The notes below the pieces were generated by a model. The model worked only from the letters and a program-made list of their open reading frames with translations, was not told the DNA's origin and made no database searches. Position numbers and translations under genes: made by a program. A stretch of 62,347 nt of DNA, the filler included, from Deltaproteobacteria bacterium (GTDB lineage: Bacteria > JAUYMQ01): NCBI GenBank assembly GCA_030698575.1. It is 9 parts of 9 records of this genome, joined end to end, with 100 filler letters (N's around TTAATTAATTAA, not from the genome) between each part and the next. Parts side by side here need not be neighbours in the genome. Positions count along the whole stretch, not along the records: positions 44,302 to 58,836 come from JAUYMQ010000591.1; positions 58,937 to 62,347 come from JAUYMQ010000607.1; 7 more parts are not named here. The stretch is one strand, 5' to 3'. Positions 52,910 to 62,347 of the stretch are shown piece by piece; position 1 is the first letter of the stretch; every line of letters begins with the position of its first letter.

Positions 52910-53236
52910 CTAGAACTGCTTCCGGCTGTCCTCCAAACTCCTGGAGGGCCCCTCGGGTTCCTTCCAGAAGCTCGGATCCTCACCGATGCGCTTTTCCATG
53001 AGATCGGCGCGCACCACTCTCGAAAGCAAATTGATCGGGGCGATGACCAGGAAGTAGATGACGGTCAGCAGGATCGCCCCGTTGACTTTCGCGAGCAGCG
53101 CCGCGAACTTGAGCCAGCCGGCCTTGATCGCCCTCCCCGCGCGGGCCAGAACGCCCGCCGGCGGAGCCTCCGGCTGCCGCCGCGATCTCTTCGCGACCCC
53201 CTGAATCTTCGCTGCTCCCGCTTCCATCCGATTCAT
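52910..53236 (-). CDS. SxtJ-like membrane protein
   Basis: GW.KFA..L.KVN..ILL..IYFLVIAPI...D......SFW; flanks the carbamoyltransferase together with DUF5989. Confidence 0.8.
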   Translation of the reverse strand: MNRMEAGAAKIQGVAKRSRRQPEAPPAGVLARAGRAIKAGWLKFAALLAKVNGAILLTVIYFLVIAPINLLSRVVRADLMEKRIGEDPSFWKEPEGPSRSLEDSRKQF

Positions 53237-53273
53237 CCTTAGGTGCTTGGCCTGGTGCCGGCCTGGTGCCGGC

Positions 53274-55166
53274 TCAGTGCTGGTAGTGCCACAGGCGGTA
53301 GTACTCCCGCCGCTGCGGACCGAACTTCAGGGCCATGCCCATGCCCAGCCCCGCGAAGATCCAGAAAGGAATCTGCACCGAGGTGGATCGGAACGCGTCA
53401 AAGAAGAAAAGGTTCACCAGAATGCCGACCGTTCCGCAAAGGATGGCCCAGAGAAACTCCCGGATCAGTGGTTCCCGGACGGTGACGCTCCCGCGATAAA
53501 GGGTGCGGAGGACGCCCACCAGAACGGAAATCATGAGGAAAAGCGCGATGATACCATACTCCAGGAGGATTGTTAGATACATGTTGTTCATGCCCCCGGG
53601 CGGCAGAAGCTTGTCCCTCGACTCCACCGTTTCGGGGACCTCGACCACGCGCCAGGAGGCTTCGCCGCTCCCGAGGAGAAGATCGCCCGCGTGCTCCCGA
53701 AGCACCGTGGCCTGAAGTGTGACCTGCTCCTGCGCGCGGCTGATCGGCATCTCGAAATCCCAGGGCGGGTTGCCCGTGACAAGGGCGTGGCCCAGAAGAA
53801 CGAGCAGCAGCGCCACTGCGAGAACCTGGGTCGCCCGCTCCCGCCGCTGACGCCAGCCGTACAGGAAGAGCGTGACGCCAAGCACCAGCATGCCGCGCTT
53901 CGAGAAGCAGCTGGCCGCGAAAGCGATGCTTGCAGCGAAAGCCGCCAGGCCAGCGGCCTTCCAGACCAGGCTCTTGAAGCCCCGGGTCGCCGCCAGCATC
54001 ACCGGGAGGCAGAGGAGAAAATAGCTCAGCAGGACGTTCCGGTTGTTGAGGAAGTCCGTCACGAGCTTCGCGTCGAGCGTGGCTCGCAGCGTTTCAGAGC
54101 GCACCTCGCCGCGGAGCAGGATAAACCCCACCACGCCGGCGACCCCGCTGAAGAAAGCAATGACGGCGATGCCCTTCATGTAGCTCGTCATCTCGTCGGC
54201 GCGGTCGTTCACGCTGTTTGCGACGAAGTAATAGAGCCCGAAACCGGTGCAGGCGAACTTCAACAGTGTTACGAGTTCGCTCCCGGATGCGCTCTGGAGA
54301 AAGACGGCGCCGGAAGCCACCACGAGGTAACCCAGGATCACGCGGTCGACGGGCGTCTTCAGGAAGACCAGGTCTCCGCGCAGGTAGCGGGCGACGAAGA
54401 CGACCCCCATGCCCAGTATGACGAGGTTGAGCAGGCTGAAGGGGCGCCCCATGATATCGAGTTCGAGCTGCGAGGACACCGCTTGCGGCAGGAACAGGGC
54501 GAAGACGACGAGCAGAAGGAAGAGTGAGAGCGCCGTCATCTGCCTCGACAGCAGCCGCGTGAAGGTGAGAAGGATGATCCACAGATCGAACAGCACGGAG
54601 CGGCTCTGCATGTAGATCCGCTCGAACCGGAGCTTGTTCTTCGGCGAGAGGTAGTAGCTGTGGCGGAGCTGGGCGAGGCCCGTGATCCCCGGCGTGATCC
54701 TGAACCTTTCGGCGTAGCCGGGGATCGAAGCTTTGGCGTCCTCGACGAAAATCGGCCGGACCGGCCGCGGGCCGACAAGATTCATGTCGCCCTTGAGGAC
54801 GTTGATGAGCTGAGGGAACTCGTCGATCTTCCGCTTCCTGAGCTTGAGGCCAATCGGCGTGACATGCTCCCCGCCGTCGCGCAGAAGCCTCGCCCCGATC
54901 ATGCTCTCGGCGCCCTGCTCCAGCGTGCGGAACTTGTAGATGGTGAAGATCTTTTCGTTCCGCCCCACCCGCTTGCCGCGGTAGAACACGGGGCCGGGGC
55001 TCCCGAGCCTGATGAGCACAGCGACGGCGACGAAAAGCGGCGAGAGGACGACCAGGCCCAGGGCTGCCGCGGCGAGATTGTAGACGCGCGTGATCAGCTC
55101 GTAGAAGCGGCCCCGGGGGAGCTCACCCGCCGTCATATCGATAACTTTGTCGTGCCCCGTGCTCAC
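53274..55166 (-). CDS. Phosphoglycosyl (sugar) transferase fused to an O-antigen ligase/Wzy-like membrane domain
   Basis: YKFRT, IDEFPQLINVLKGDMNLVGPRP, PGITGLAQ; then about 10 TM helices with SKRG and NNMYLTILLEYG. Confidence 0.82.
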   Translation of the reverse strand: MSTGHDKVIDMTAGELPRGRFYELITRVYNLAAAALGLVVLSPLFVAVAVLIRLGSPGPVFYRGKRVGRNEKIFTIYKFRTLEQGAESMIGARLLRDGGEHVTPIGLKLRKRKIDEFPQLINVLKGDMNLVGPRPVRPIFVEDAKASIPGYAERFRITPGITGLAQLRHSYYLSPKNKLRFERIYMQSRSVLFDLWIILLTFTRLLSRQMTALSLFLLLVVFALFLPQAVSSQLELDIMGRPFSLLNLVILGMGVVFVARYLRGDLVFLKTPVDRVILGYLVVASGAVFLQSASGSELVTLLKFACTGFGLYYFVANSVNDRADEMTSYMKGIAVIAFFSGVAGVVGFILLRGEVRSETLRATLDAKLVTDFLNNRNVLLSYFLLCLPVMLAATRGFKSLVWKAAGLAAFAASIAFAASCFSKRGMLVLGVTLFLYGWRQRRERATQVLAVALLLVLLGHALVTGNPPWDFEMPISRAQEQVTLQATVLREHAGDLLLGSGEASWRVVEVPETVESRDKLLPPGGMNNMYLTILLEYGIIALFLMISVLVGVLRTLYRGSVTVREPLIREFLWAILCGTVGILVNLFFFDAFRSTSVQIPFWIFAGLGMGMALKFGPQRREYYRLWHYQH

Positions 55167-55187
55167 AGCCTGTGCGCCTCTTTTTGA

Positions 55188-57065
55188 TCAGGTCCGGTAG
55201 TGCCGATCGTGCCAGAGTGAGAAGTTCAGCAGGGCCCAGAGCTGCCGGCTGTGGTCCGCCCGCCGGGCGGTGTGTTCATCCCAGAGGCGGGCGACCGCTT
55301 CCGGTCTGAACACCCCTTGTGACCGGAGGCGCGCCTGCGAACAGGTGTCCTGAAAAGTCTCGCGAAGCTCGCCCCTTAGCCAGGCGGCCATCGGTACGTT
55401 GAACCCCGCCTTCTTTCTGTTGAGGATCTCCGGCGGCAGCATCCCGCCGAGCGCCTTCTTCAAGATGGCCTTCTTTCGCAGGCCTTTCAGCTTGTACCGG
55501 GACGGCAGCCGGGCCGCCCACTCCACAATCCGGTGATCCAGCAGCGGCGGCCGCACCTCGAGCGAGTTCGCCATGCTCATCCGGTCGACTTTCACCAGAA
55601 TGTCGTCCGGCAGGTAGATGGCCGTGTCGATCCGCATGAGCCTGGCCAGTTCGTCGGCCGCTCCCGGCTTTCCATGGGCGTCCTGGAAGAGCTTCAGGGG
55701 GTCCGCGCCTCGCGGAACGCCATCCGCCAGCAGGGCGTCGCGCTGCTCCCGGTCGAAGATGACCTTCCAGCCGTAGTGCGCCTCCACGGGCGGTCTCCGG
55801 GCCCAGGCCACGAATCGTTTCGCCTTGTAGTCGAAGCTCACCTTGGAGTCGCTCACCGGAAGATGCCCGACGGCCGGTGAAAGGATTCCGTCGGTGAGGA
55901 ATCCCGGGAGGCGCCGGTAGAGCGCCGCCCAGCGGTAGGCCGCGTAGGTCTCGTAGCCGCCGAAAAGCTCGTCTCCGCCGTCGCCGCCCAGGGCGACCGT
56001 CACCGAACGCCGTGCGAGATTCGACACGTACCAGACCGGAATGGCGGAGCTGTCCGCAAAAGGCTCGTCGAAGATGTCCGTCAGCTTCGGGAGGATTTCC
56101 GTCGGGCGGAGGCGAACTTCGGTCTCCTCGTGCTGCGTTCCGAAACGATCGGCGACGATCCGCGCGTAATGCAGCTCGTCGTAGCTTTTTTCCGTGAACC
56201 CCACCGAGAAGGATTTCACAGGACCGGCCGCGGCGCCGGCCATCATGGCGGTGATGGCGCTCGAATCGATTCCTCCCGAGAGGAAGACTCCGAGGGGAAC
56301 GTCGCTGATGAGCTGCATCCGGACTGCGTCCTGCAGAAGCGCCCTCAGCTCTTCCGCCAGCGCGTCCTCCGAAGCGCCGGTCGGCGCGGGGTCGAGCGGA
56401 AGCTCCCACCAGGCTTCGACCTTCACGGCCCCGGACTCCGCGCGCAGCAGATGACCGGGCGGGAGCTTGTACAACCCCTGGAAAATCGTTCTCGGGGCGG
56501 GGATGTAGTTGAACGCGAGATACTGGGCGAGGCCTTCCTCGTCGATGGCGCGCGGGATCCCCGCCGCCAGAATTGCCTTGATCTCGGATGCGAAGAGGAG
56601 CCGGGCATCATCGGAGTAGTAGTAGAGAGGCTTGATTCCCAGGCGGTCGCGGACCAGGAGAAGCTTGCGCTTCCGCTCATCCCAGAGCGCGATGGCGAAC
56701 ATGCCGTTCAGCCGGTGGACGAAGTCTTCCCCCAGCTTCTCGTAGAGGTGGGCAATCACCTCCGTGTCGCTTCGGGTCAGGAACCTGTGCCCGTCACTCT
56801 CCAGCTCCCTCCTGAGTTCCTGGAAATTGTATATCTCGCCGTTGCAGACGACTTGGACGGTGCCGTCCTCGTTCTGGATCGGCTGCCGGCCCGTCGAGAG
56901 ATCGATGATGGAGAGCCGCCGCATCGCCAGCCCGACAGGAGCCTTCAGGTACACGCCGTCCTCGTCCGGGCCGCGATGGAAGAGCGTCTGGTTCATCCTC
57001 TCCAGTTCGCCTGCGGGTACCGGGCGATTCGCGTCAAAGTTCATCTGGCCACAAATGCCGCACAT
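55188..57065 (-). CDS. asnB: Asparagine synthase-like glutamine amidotransferase
   Basis: MCGICG, HRGPD, RRLSIID, LSGGIDSS, DEPFADSS, KVDRMSMANSLEVR. Confidence 0.95.
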   Translation of the reverse strand: MCGICGQMNFDANRPVPAGELERMNQTLFHRGPDEDGVYLKAPVGLAMRRLSIIDLSTGRQPIQNEDGTVQVVCNGEIYNFQELRRELESDGHRFLTRSDTEVIAHLYEKLGEDFVHRLNGMFAIALWDERKRKLLLVRDRLGIKPLYYYSDDARLLFASEIKAILAAGIPRAIDEEGLAQYLAFNYIPAPRTIFQGLYKLPPGHLLRAESGAVKVEAWWELPLDPAPTGASEDALAEELRALLQDAVRMQLISDVPLGVFLSGGIDSSAITAMMAGAAAGPVKSFSVGFTEKSYDELHYARIVADRFGTQHEETEVRLRPTEILPKLTDIFDEPFADSSAIPVWYVSNLARRSVTVALGGDGGDELFGGYETYAAYRWAALYRRLPGFLTDGILSPAVGHLPVSDSKVSFDYKAKRFVAWARRPPVEAHYGWKVIFDREQRDALLADGVPRGADPLKLFQDAHGKPGAADELARLMRIDTAIYLPDDILVKVDRMSMANSLEVRPPLLDHRIVEWAARLPSRYKLKGLRKKAILKKALGGMLPPEILNRKKAGFNVPMAAWLRGELRETFQDTCSQARLRSQGVFRPEAVARLWDEHTARRADHSRQLWALLNFSLWHDRHYRT

Positions 57066-57195
57066 TCCCGGTTCCGTTCTCTCTGCGTGACGCGCCGGGT
57101 CCGCGCCCGGGTCCCGGCACCCCGCTCTGCAAAAAACCGGCTGAGAGATTCAGCCGGCGGCTCCCCTCGACGGACGCATCCGGCGCGAGCGGCAG

Positions 57196-57846
57196 CTAGG
57201 CGCTGAAGGCCCAGCCCACCAGGGCCAGGATGGCGCTCACCATCGCAACCTGCGCAAGGCGCCGGGCCTTGTGGAGGCTCCGGCACTGCTCCCGCACGAC
57301 GAAATGCATGCCCACCACAGCGCAGGGCGTCGCCAGCGCGCCCACGGCCGCGTCGTCACCCAGGGCGGCAAAGCCGACTCCGGCGGCCACGAGAATGCCC
57401 ACGGTCAGCGCCGCGCCCCAATCGAATGCGTCGCCGAGATGGGGCCCGCGCCGCTCGAGGACGAGCATGAAGCCCCAGCCGGCCAGTCCGATTACCAGCC
57501 CCCACTTCACCGCGAGGGCCGCCCATAGCGCAATCTCCCCGGCTTCCCCGGCCGCGGTCAGCGCCTGCACCGCGAGGTAGACGGAGATGGAGATCGCGAA
57601 GAAGATGAGCCATGCGCAGCGGCTGAGCCGCTTCGCGCGGCTTCCCCGCTGATAGAGCGCCGCCACACCGCCCACGGCGATGACCGCGAGAACGGCGAAG
57701 ATCTCCCGGCCGCCGCGGCTCGCGAGCAGTGGTGAGGCCGCGAGCATCGCGACGAGGCTCGCGTCGATCAGGCGTGACGACAGCCGCTCCCCGGCCGGCC
57801 CGGGCTGCTCGCCGGCGGATCCGGCGCCCTGCCCCTTCATGCTCAA
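57196..57846 (-). CDS. Hypothetical membrane protein
   Basis: Several hydrophobic helices; start overlaps the upstream kinase stop. Confidence 0.65.
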   Translation of the reverse strand: MSMKGQGAGSAGEQPGPAGERLSSRLIDASLVAMLAASPLLASRGGREIFAVLAVIAVGGVAALYQRGSRAKRLSRCAWLIFFAISISVYLAVQALTAAGEAGEIALWAALAVKWGLVIGLAGWGFMLVLERRGPHLGDAFDWGAALTVGILVAAGVGFAALGDDAAVGALATPCAVVGMHFVVREQCRSLHKARRLAQVAMVSAILALVGWAFSA

Positions 57847-58811
57847 TCCTCGCCGCCGTAGTCACCGGCTTCGAGATCTTCGGCCGAGTTCAGGACCATT
57901 CCCACGAGGCGCTCGCGCTCAAAAGTTTCCAGCGCCCGCGTGACCTGCTCGCGAGGCGTGGAACCCGCCTTCACGACGAAAATGATTCCGTCCACCAGGT
58001 TTCCGACGATCTCCGCATCGGCCACGTGCAGCGCCGGGGGCGTGTCGACGATCACGTGATCGAAGCGCTCTCGAACCTGCTGCAGGGTGTCGCGCATCTG
58101 CTGGGTGGCCAGAAGCTCCGCAGGATTCGTGGGCGGTGCACCGGCAGGCAGGACCGTCAAATTTTCTTTGGGCATCTCGTAAAGCGCCTTTTCGAGGGAA
58201 ACCTCCCCGCGGAGGACCTCGGACAGTCCGGCATCGACCGGGATCTCCAGAGTCGAGTGCACCCGGGGGGTCCGCAGATCGCAGTCGACCAGAAGCACGC
58301 GGCGGTTCACAGACATCGCCATCACAAGGGAGAGGTTGATGGCGGTCATGGTCTTCCCCTCGTCGGGCAGCGCGCTCATCACAGCCAGCGTGCGGCATTC
58401 GCCCTTCTCGTTGAGAAGCTCGATCCGCGTCCGGATCGCCCGGTACTGCTCGGCAGCGGGTGAATAGGGATCGAACTGGATGATCCGGCGCTTCACGTCC
58501 GCGAATTCGTCATTGGTCTCCATGCGGCCGCGGGTCCGCACCAACCGCCACATGGTCCGGAAAGCGTCCGCCACGCTTCCGCGAGCGTTGGAGAATGCCT
58601 TTCTTCGCAGCGGTGGAATGCGTGACGGAGCCGGTCGCACCGCGGGCGGGGCCTCCGGTGTCGCCTCAGCCGGCGGGGCCTCCGCTGGCGGACTGACAAC
58701 CGCCTCTGGCGCCGTTCCCTGAGCAGGGACGGAGGACGCGGCCGGGCTACCGCCCCTCGCGGCCTTCCGCTCTTCCTCTGCTCGCTTCAGGGCGTCAAAA
58801 ACTTTTCCCAT
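57843..58811 (-). CDS. CpsD/CapB (Wzc-type) tyrosine autokinase
   Basis: MGKVFDALKRA, AEQYRAIRT, SALPDEGKT, LVDCDLR.P, VDTPP. Confidence 0.92.
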   Translation of the reverse strand: MGKVFDALKRAEEERKAARGGSPAASSVPAQGTAPEAVVSPPAEAPPAEATPEAPPAVRPAPSRIPPLRRKAFSNARGSVADAFRTMWRLVRTRGRMETNDEFADVKRRIIQFDPYSPAAEQYRAIRTRIELLNEKGECRTLAVMSALPDEGKTMTAINLSLVMAMSVNRRVLLVDCDLRTPRVHSTLEIPVDAGLSEVLRGEVSLEKALYEMPKENLTVLPAGAPPTNPAELLATQQMRDTLQQVRERFDHVIVDTPPALHVADAEIVGNLVDGIIFVVKAGSTPREQVTRALETFERERLVGMVLNSAEDLEAGDYGGED

Positions 58812-58936
58812 TCCATCGGCCTCCGCAGCCGGACGCNNNNNNNNNNNNNNNNNNNNNNNNNNNNNNNNNNNNNNNNNNNNTTAATTAATTAANNNNNNNN
58901 NNNNNNNNNNNNNNNNNNNNNNNNNNNNNNNNNNNN

Positions 58937-59427
58937 CCGGTCTTCTCGGCGGCCAGCAGAGACTCGTAGCGCAGGTGCTCTCCCAGGGGCGATGCGTCGC
59001 CCTCCCCGGCCACAATGAAATGCTCCACGGTCTTCAACTGTGCCGACACGCGGGCGAGGAGCGGCACGAGGGAATCATCCACGATGATGGCCTTGTCCTC
59101 CGCGTGATTGGCGACATAAACGAGCTGCTCGGGGAAGAGGCGAATGTTGAGCGTGTGGAGCACGGCGCCCATGCAGGGAATGGCGAAGTAGGCCTCGAGG
59201 TGCTGCTGGTTGTTCCAGCAGAAAGTGGCGACGCGGTCGCCGGGGCCGATTCCAAGCCTCCGGAGGGCCGCCGCAAGACGCCCGATCCGGCCAGCCACCT
59301 GATCATATCGCGCGCGCCTCGTGCCGCCGTCCTCGAGGGTCGAGACCCGGCTCGCGGAGTGCACACGCGTTCCATGATCGAAGATCATGTTGATGGTAAG
59401 CGGATGGTCCGTCATCGTGCTCAGCAT
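58937..59427 (-). CDS. Long-chain fatty-acid-CoA ligase, 3'-truncated
   Basis: GDRVATFCWN...HLEAYFAIPCMGAVLHTLNIRL. Confidence 0.9.
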
Positions 59428-59537
59428 CGCGCCAGCCTCCATGGTCAAGCTCTGTGAAAGCTCTTGGAGGGCACCATCCTATACCGATTGACGAACTCTG
59501 GGGCAAACGAGGAGGGTGATTCGTCGGGAGAAATGCT

Positions 59538-60866
59538 TCAGGAGGCGGCGCTTGAATCGTCCTCGCCCTCGGCGGGCGGGGCCTGCGGTTCTTCGGCCGC
59601 GGCTTCGGGAGCGTCGCTCGATGCCTCGGGCCTCTCCGGCACCGGACGCGCCAGCTCCAGCGCCGTATCGTCGGGCATGTCGCCGTAGCTCGTGTACTCG
59701 ACCTCCATCTCGTCGTCCTCACCGATGCCCAGGCGAATCTGGAGGTCGAGGTCGGCAGGACTCGTTGCCGCGGCCATGGCGGCTTCGCGTGTGATGGTGT
59801 TCTTGCGGAGCAGCCGAATGAGCGACTGGTCAAAGGTCTGCATCCCGTAGTTCTTCCCCTTTCCGATGTACTCAGGGATCTCGAAGGTCTTGTCGGGATT
59901 GCGAATGCAGTCCTGGATCGCCCGCGTCGCGATCATCACCTCGACGGCGGGAATGAGCCCGGAACCATCGATGTTCGAAAGCAGTCGCTGCGAGATGGTG
60001 GACCGAAGGCTCTCCGAGAGCCGGTAGCGGATCATCTGCTGCTCGGAAACGGGGAACACCGACATGAGCCGGTGAATCGTTTTGGCCGCATCGGTCGTGT
60101 GGGCCGTGCTCAGGACCAGATGCCCGGTCTCCGCGGCCTTGAGAGCGATGTCGATGGTCTCGGTATCGCGCATTTCACCGATCATGATGACATCGGGATC
60201 CTGCCGGAGCGCCGCCCTGAGGGCGCTTGCGAAGGAGCCGGTGTCGGTCCCCACTTCCCGCTGGATCACCGATGACTTCTCGTTCAGGAAGAGGAATTCG
60301 ATCGGGTCCTCGATGGTGATCACGTGCACCGTGCGCGTCTTGTTGATGTAGTTCAGAATCGCGGCGAGCGTGGTCGACTTTCCACAGCCCGTGGCCCCCG
60401 TGACGAGAATGAGTCCCCGCGACTCCTCCGCGATGGCGACCATCGCATCCGGAAGGTTGAGTTCGGAGAAATCCGGTATGCGTATGGGAATGACGCGGAT
60501 GACAAGCGCGATGCTTCCGCGCTGCCGGAACGCGTTGACGCGGAATCGACCCGCCCCCGGGACGGAGAAAGAGAAGTCGACCTCCTGCAGGCTTTTAACG
60601 TCTACGTCCGCAAGATGGGCGGGGCGGAGCGTCTCGAAGAGCGATGCGGTTTCGTCGGGGGTCAGCCGGGGGCGGTTCAGCCCATGAAGCTTGCCGTTCA
60701 CCCGCATGAGAATGCGTTCGCCGGCCTTGAAATGGACGTCGGATGCGCCCTGCTTCACGGAAGCACGGAGAATCTGCTCCAGGCGGGCCCGGTCGAGCTG
60801 TTCGGTTGTTTCGGAATGGTCCACGGGGAACTTATCGTCCAGGTGCCCGTCTTCTTTAGCGTTCAA
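59538..60866 (-). CDS. pilT: PilT/PilU type IV pilus retraction ATPase
   Basis: GASDVH, RFRVNAF.QRG, GATGCGKSTT, TIEDPIE, ALRQDPD, GEMRD, TGHLV.ST.H, GMQTFDQ; start approximate. Confidence 0.92.
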   Translation of the reverse strand: MNAKEDGHLDDKFPVDHSETTEQLDRARLEQILRASVKQGASDVHFKAGERILMRVNGKLHGLNRPRLTPDETASLFETLRPAHLADVDVKSLQEVDFSFSVPGAGRFRVNAFRQRGSIALVIRVIPIRIPDFSELNLPDAMVAIAEESRGLILVTGATGCGKSTTLAAILNYINKTRTVHVITIEDPIEFLFLNEKSSVIQREVGTDTGSFASALRAALRQDPDVIMIGEMRDTETIDIALKAAETGHLVLSTAHTTDAAKTIHRLMSVFPVSEQQMIRYRLSESLRSTISQRLLSNIDGSGLIPAVEVMIATRAIQDCIRNPDKTFEIPEYIGKGKNYGMQTFDQSLIRLLRKNTITREAAMAAATSPADLDLQIRLGIGEDDEMEVEYTSYGDMPDDTALELARPVPERPEASSDAPEAAAEEPQAPPAEGEDDSSAAS

Positions 60867-60898
60867 GCCTGGAGATAAGTGTCCGTTTTGGCGGGGAT

Positions 60899-61657
60899 TC
60901 AGGTGGCCTCGGTCTGGGCCTCCGGCTCCTCCTCGGCCCGGCGGCGGCCGAGCAGCCGGGCCCCTACGAGGCCCACCTCGAAGAGCAGGTACATCGGCAG
61001 GGCGAGCATGGTCTGGGTGAAAACGTCGGGTGAGGGGGTGACAACGGCCGCGACCACGAAGGAGACCAGGATCGCGTACTTGCGCTGGCGGGCGAGGCGG
61101 CGCGGATCGACGATGCCGAACCGCGCGAGCAGGATAATGGCCAGCGGCGTCTCGAAGACCACCCCGAAGGCCACGAACATCCAGAAGGCGAAGCTCAGGT
61201 AGGAGGCCTGGGAAATGTAAGCCGGGATCTCTTCGGGCGCGAAGTTCACGAAGAAGGTGAGGGTCGCCGGGAAGATGTAGACGTAGCCGAAGGTCGCCCC
61301 GGCAAAGAACAGGAGCGTTAGCGCGACGGTGAAGGCGGCAATGTAGCGGCGCTCGGTCGCGTAGAGCCCGGGCGCCACGAACCGCCAGATCTGGTAGAGG
61401 ATCACCGGCAGCGAGGCCACGAGGCCGGCGATGAGCGCCACGCGCATGCGGTTTGCGAAGGCCTCGGTGAGCGCGAGGTTGACGATCTGCGATCCGTGGG
61501 GAAGGGCCAGGTTCAGCGGCGCCTGGAGGAAGTCCTGCACGGGCTTCGAAACGAACCACCCCGGGACGAGGCTGAGCCCGAGCGCGCTCATGCAGATGAT
61601 GAGTCGACGGCGTAATTCGCCGAGATGCTCGGTGAAGGGCTGCGCACTGCTTATCAC
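60899..61657 (-). CDS. tatC: Twin-arginine translocase TatC
   Basis: EHLGELRRRL, YQIWRFVAPGLY..E, FETP, TPSPD..TQ..LALPM.LLFE. Confidence 0.96.
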   Translation of the reverse strand: MISSAQPFTEHLGELRRRLIICMSALGLSLVPGWFVSKPVQDFLQAPLNLALPHGSQIVNLALTEAFANRMRVALIAGLVASLPVILYQIWRFVAPGLYATERRYIAAFTVALTLLFFAGATFGYVYIFPATLTFFVNFAPEEIPAYISQASYLSFAFWMFVAFGVVFETPLAIILLARFGIVDPRRLARQRKYAILVSFVVAAVVTPSPDVFTQTMLALPMYLLFEVGLVGARLLGRRRAEEEPEAQTEAT

Positions 61658-61685
61658 GGTGCTTCCACCGCCCCGTTTCGTCCGG

Positions 61686-61988
61686 CTAGGGCTTCGGGGC
61701 CTCGGCTTTGTCGCCGGGCGTACCGGCTTCGGCCTGCTCGGCAGCCCCGGCGGGGGGAGGCGGCTCGGGCTTCATGACGTTGGGCTGTGACAGGTTGGGC
61801 TGCGCCGGCTTCTTGATTTCATCCCGGAGGTCTTTCTCGATGCCGTCCTTCAGATCATCCGCCGCCTTCCGGAACTCGCGCAGACCCTTCCCCAGCGACT
61901 TGGCCATCTCGGGGAGTTTCTTCGGTCCGAGGATGATCAGCGCCACGACGAGGATCAAAATGATCTCGGGCATGCCCAGATTGAACAT
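61686..61988 (-). CDS. Twin-arginine translocase TatA/TatB subunit
   Basis: MFNLGMPEIILILVVALIILGPKKLPE...LGKGLREFRK. Confidence 0.92.
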   Translation of the reverse strand: MFNLGMPEIILILVVALIILGPKKLPEMAKSLGKGLREFRKAADDLKDGIEKDLRDEIKKPAQPNLSQPNVMKPEPPPPAGAAEQAEAGTPGDKAEAPKP

Positions 61989-62008
61989 GGTCGAATTCTA
62001 GCGGTGGG

Positions 62009-62347
62009 TTAGAGCGCACGCAAGCAGCCGGGGCTGGCCTTGGGGTTCGTGGGGGTGGCGTCGCAGGCGTCGCCCAGGTTGTCCGCGTCGGTGTCGGTCT
62101 GGGTGGGGTTTGCCACATCGGGGCAGTTGTCGGAGAGGTTTAATACCCCGTCCGCGTCGTTATTCACCTTCGCCACGCGCCGGGGGCCCACGTAGACGTA
62201 GCTCGTGGTAATCAGCCCCGCCCCGTCGGCCTCCGCCGTCCCCACCCCCTCGACGCCGTAGAAGAAGAGCGTCTGCGCTCCGCCCACGGTCTTGCGCACC
62301 CGGTTGCCCTCGGCGTCGTACTCATAGCTTCCCAGGAGCGCGCCCCA
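62009..62347 (-). CDS. End of an RHS/YD-repeat protein finishing in a thrombospondin type 3 repeat (extends past the window)
   Basis: YEYDAEGNRVRK....T.FFY...YVY...RVA followed by DADGVLNLSDNCPDVANPTQTDTDADNLGDACD. Confidence 0.75.
   Translation of the reverse strand, partial: WGALLGSYEYDAEGNRVRKTVGGAQTLFFYGVEGVGTAEADGAGLITTSYVYVGPRRVAKVNNDADGVLNLSDNCPDVANPTQTDTDADNLGDACDATPTNPKASPGCLRAL

Noticed and set aside
50931-53236. sxtI/J/K-like triad as a saxitoxin cluster
   Set aside because: The triad is widespread in polysaccharide loci and no other sxt genes are present
59538-61559. 673-aa PilT with a long N-terminal extension
   Set aside because: The extension overlaps tatC in another frame and is Arg/Pro-rich noise

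Overview
This is not one continuous locus. It is nine contigs of a GC-rich draft or metagenome-assembled genome joined by 100-bp artificial spacers (N44-TTAATTAATTAA-N44), so adjacency across spacers means nothing. Gene content suggests a Gram-negative, deltaproteobacteria-like organism (inference from the TIGR02266-type PilZ protein, PilT, multiheme cytochrome, PEP-CTERM protein and cofE). Housekeeping genes include radC, ssb, uppP, ftsK, lolA, yajQ, apbE, engB, hemN/hemH, tatA/tatC and M16 peptidases. There is also a 14.5-kb decorated-polysaccharide cluster. I saw no rRNA, tRNA or CRISPR array. Best leads: (1) comM cut exactly at its CPCG motif, inside a perfect 8-bp inverted repeat around a TG core. 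This looks like a serine-integrase att junction, and the element side carries an XRE gene and a signal-peptide, Cys/Ca-motif-rich RHS protein. (2) An SSB with two tandem OB folds. (3) A putative sigma54 operon in which a TIGR04073-like domain occurs both alone and fused to a DUF4398-OmpA lipoprotein. (4) A possible variant mutagenesis cassette: a catalytically dead UmuD/LexA-like protein next to a Y-family polymerase with an altered motif I. (5) An OmcE-like cytochrome upstream of hemN-hemH. (6) A fusion of a phosphoglycosyl transferase and an O-antigen-ligase-like domain. Family calls come from motif recognition only; no searches were run.
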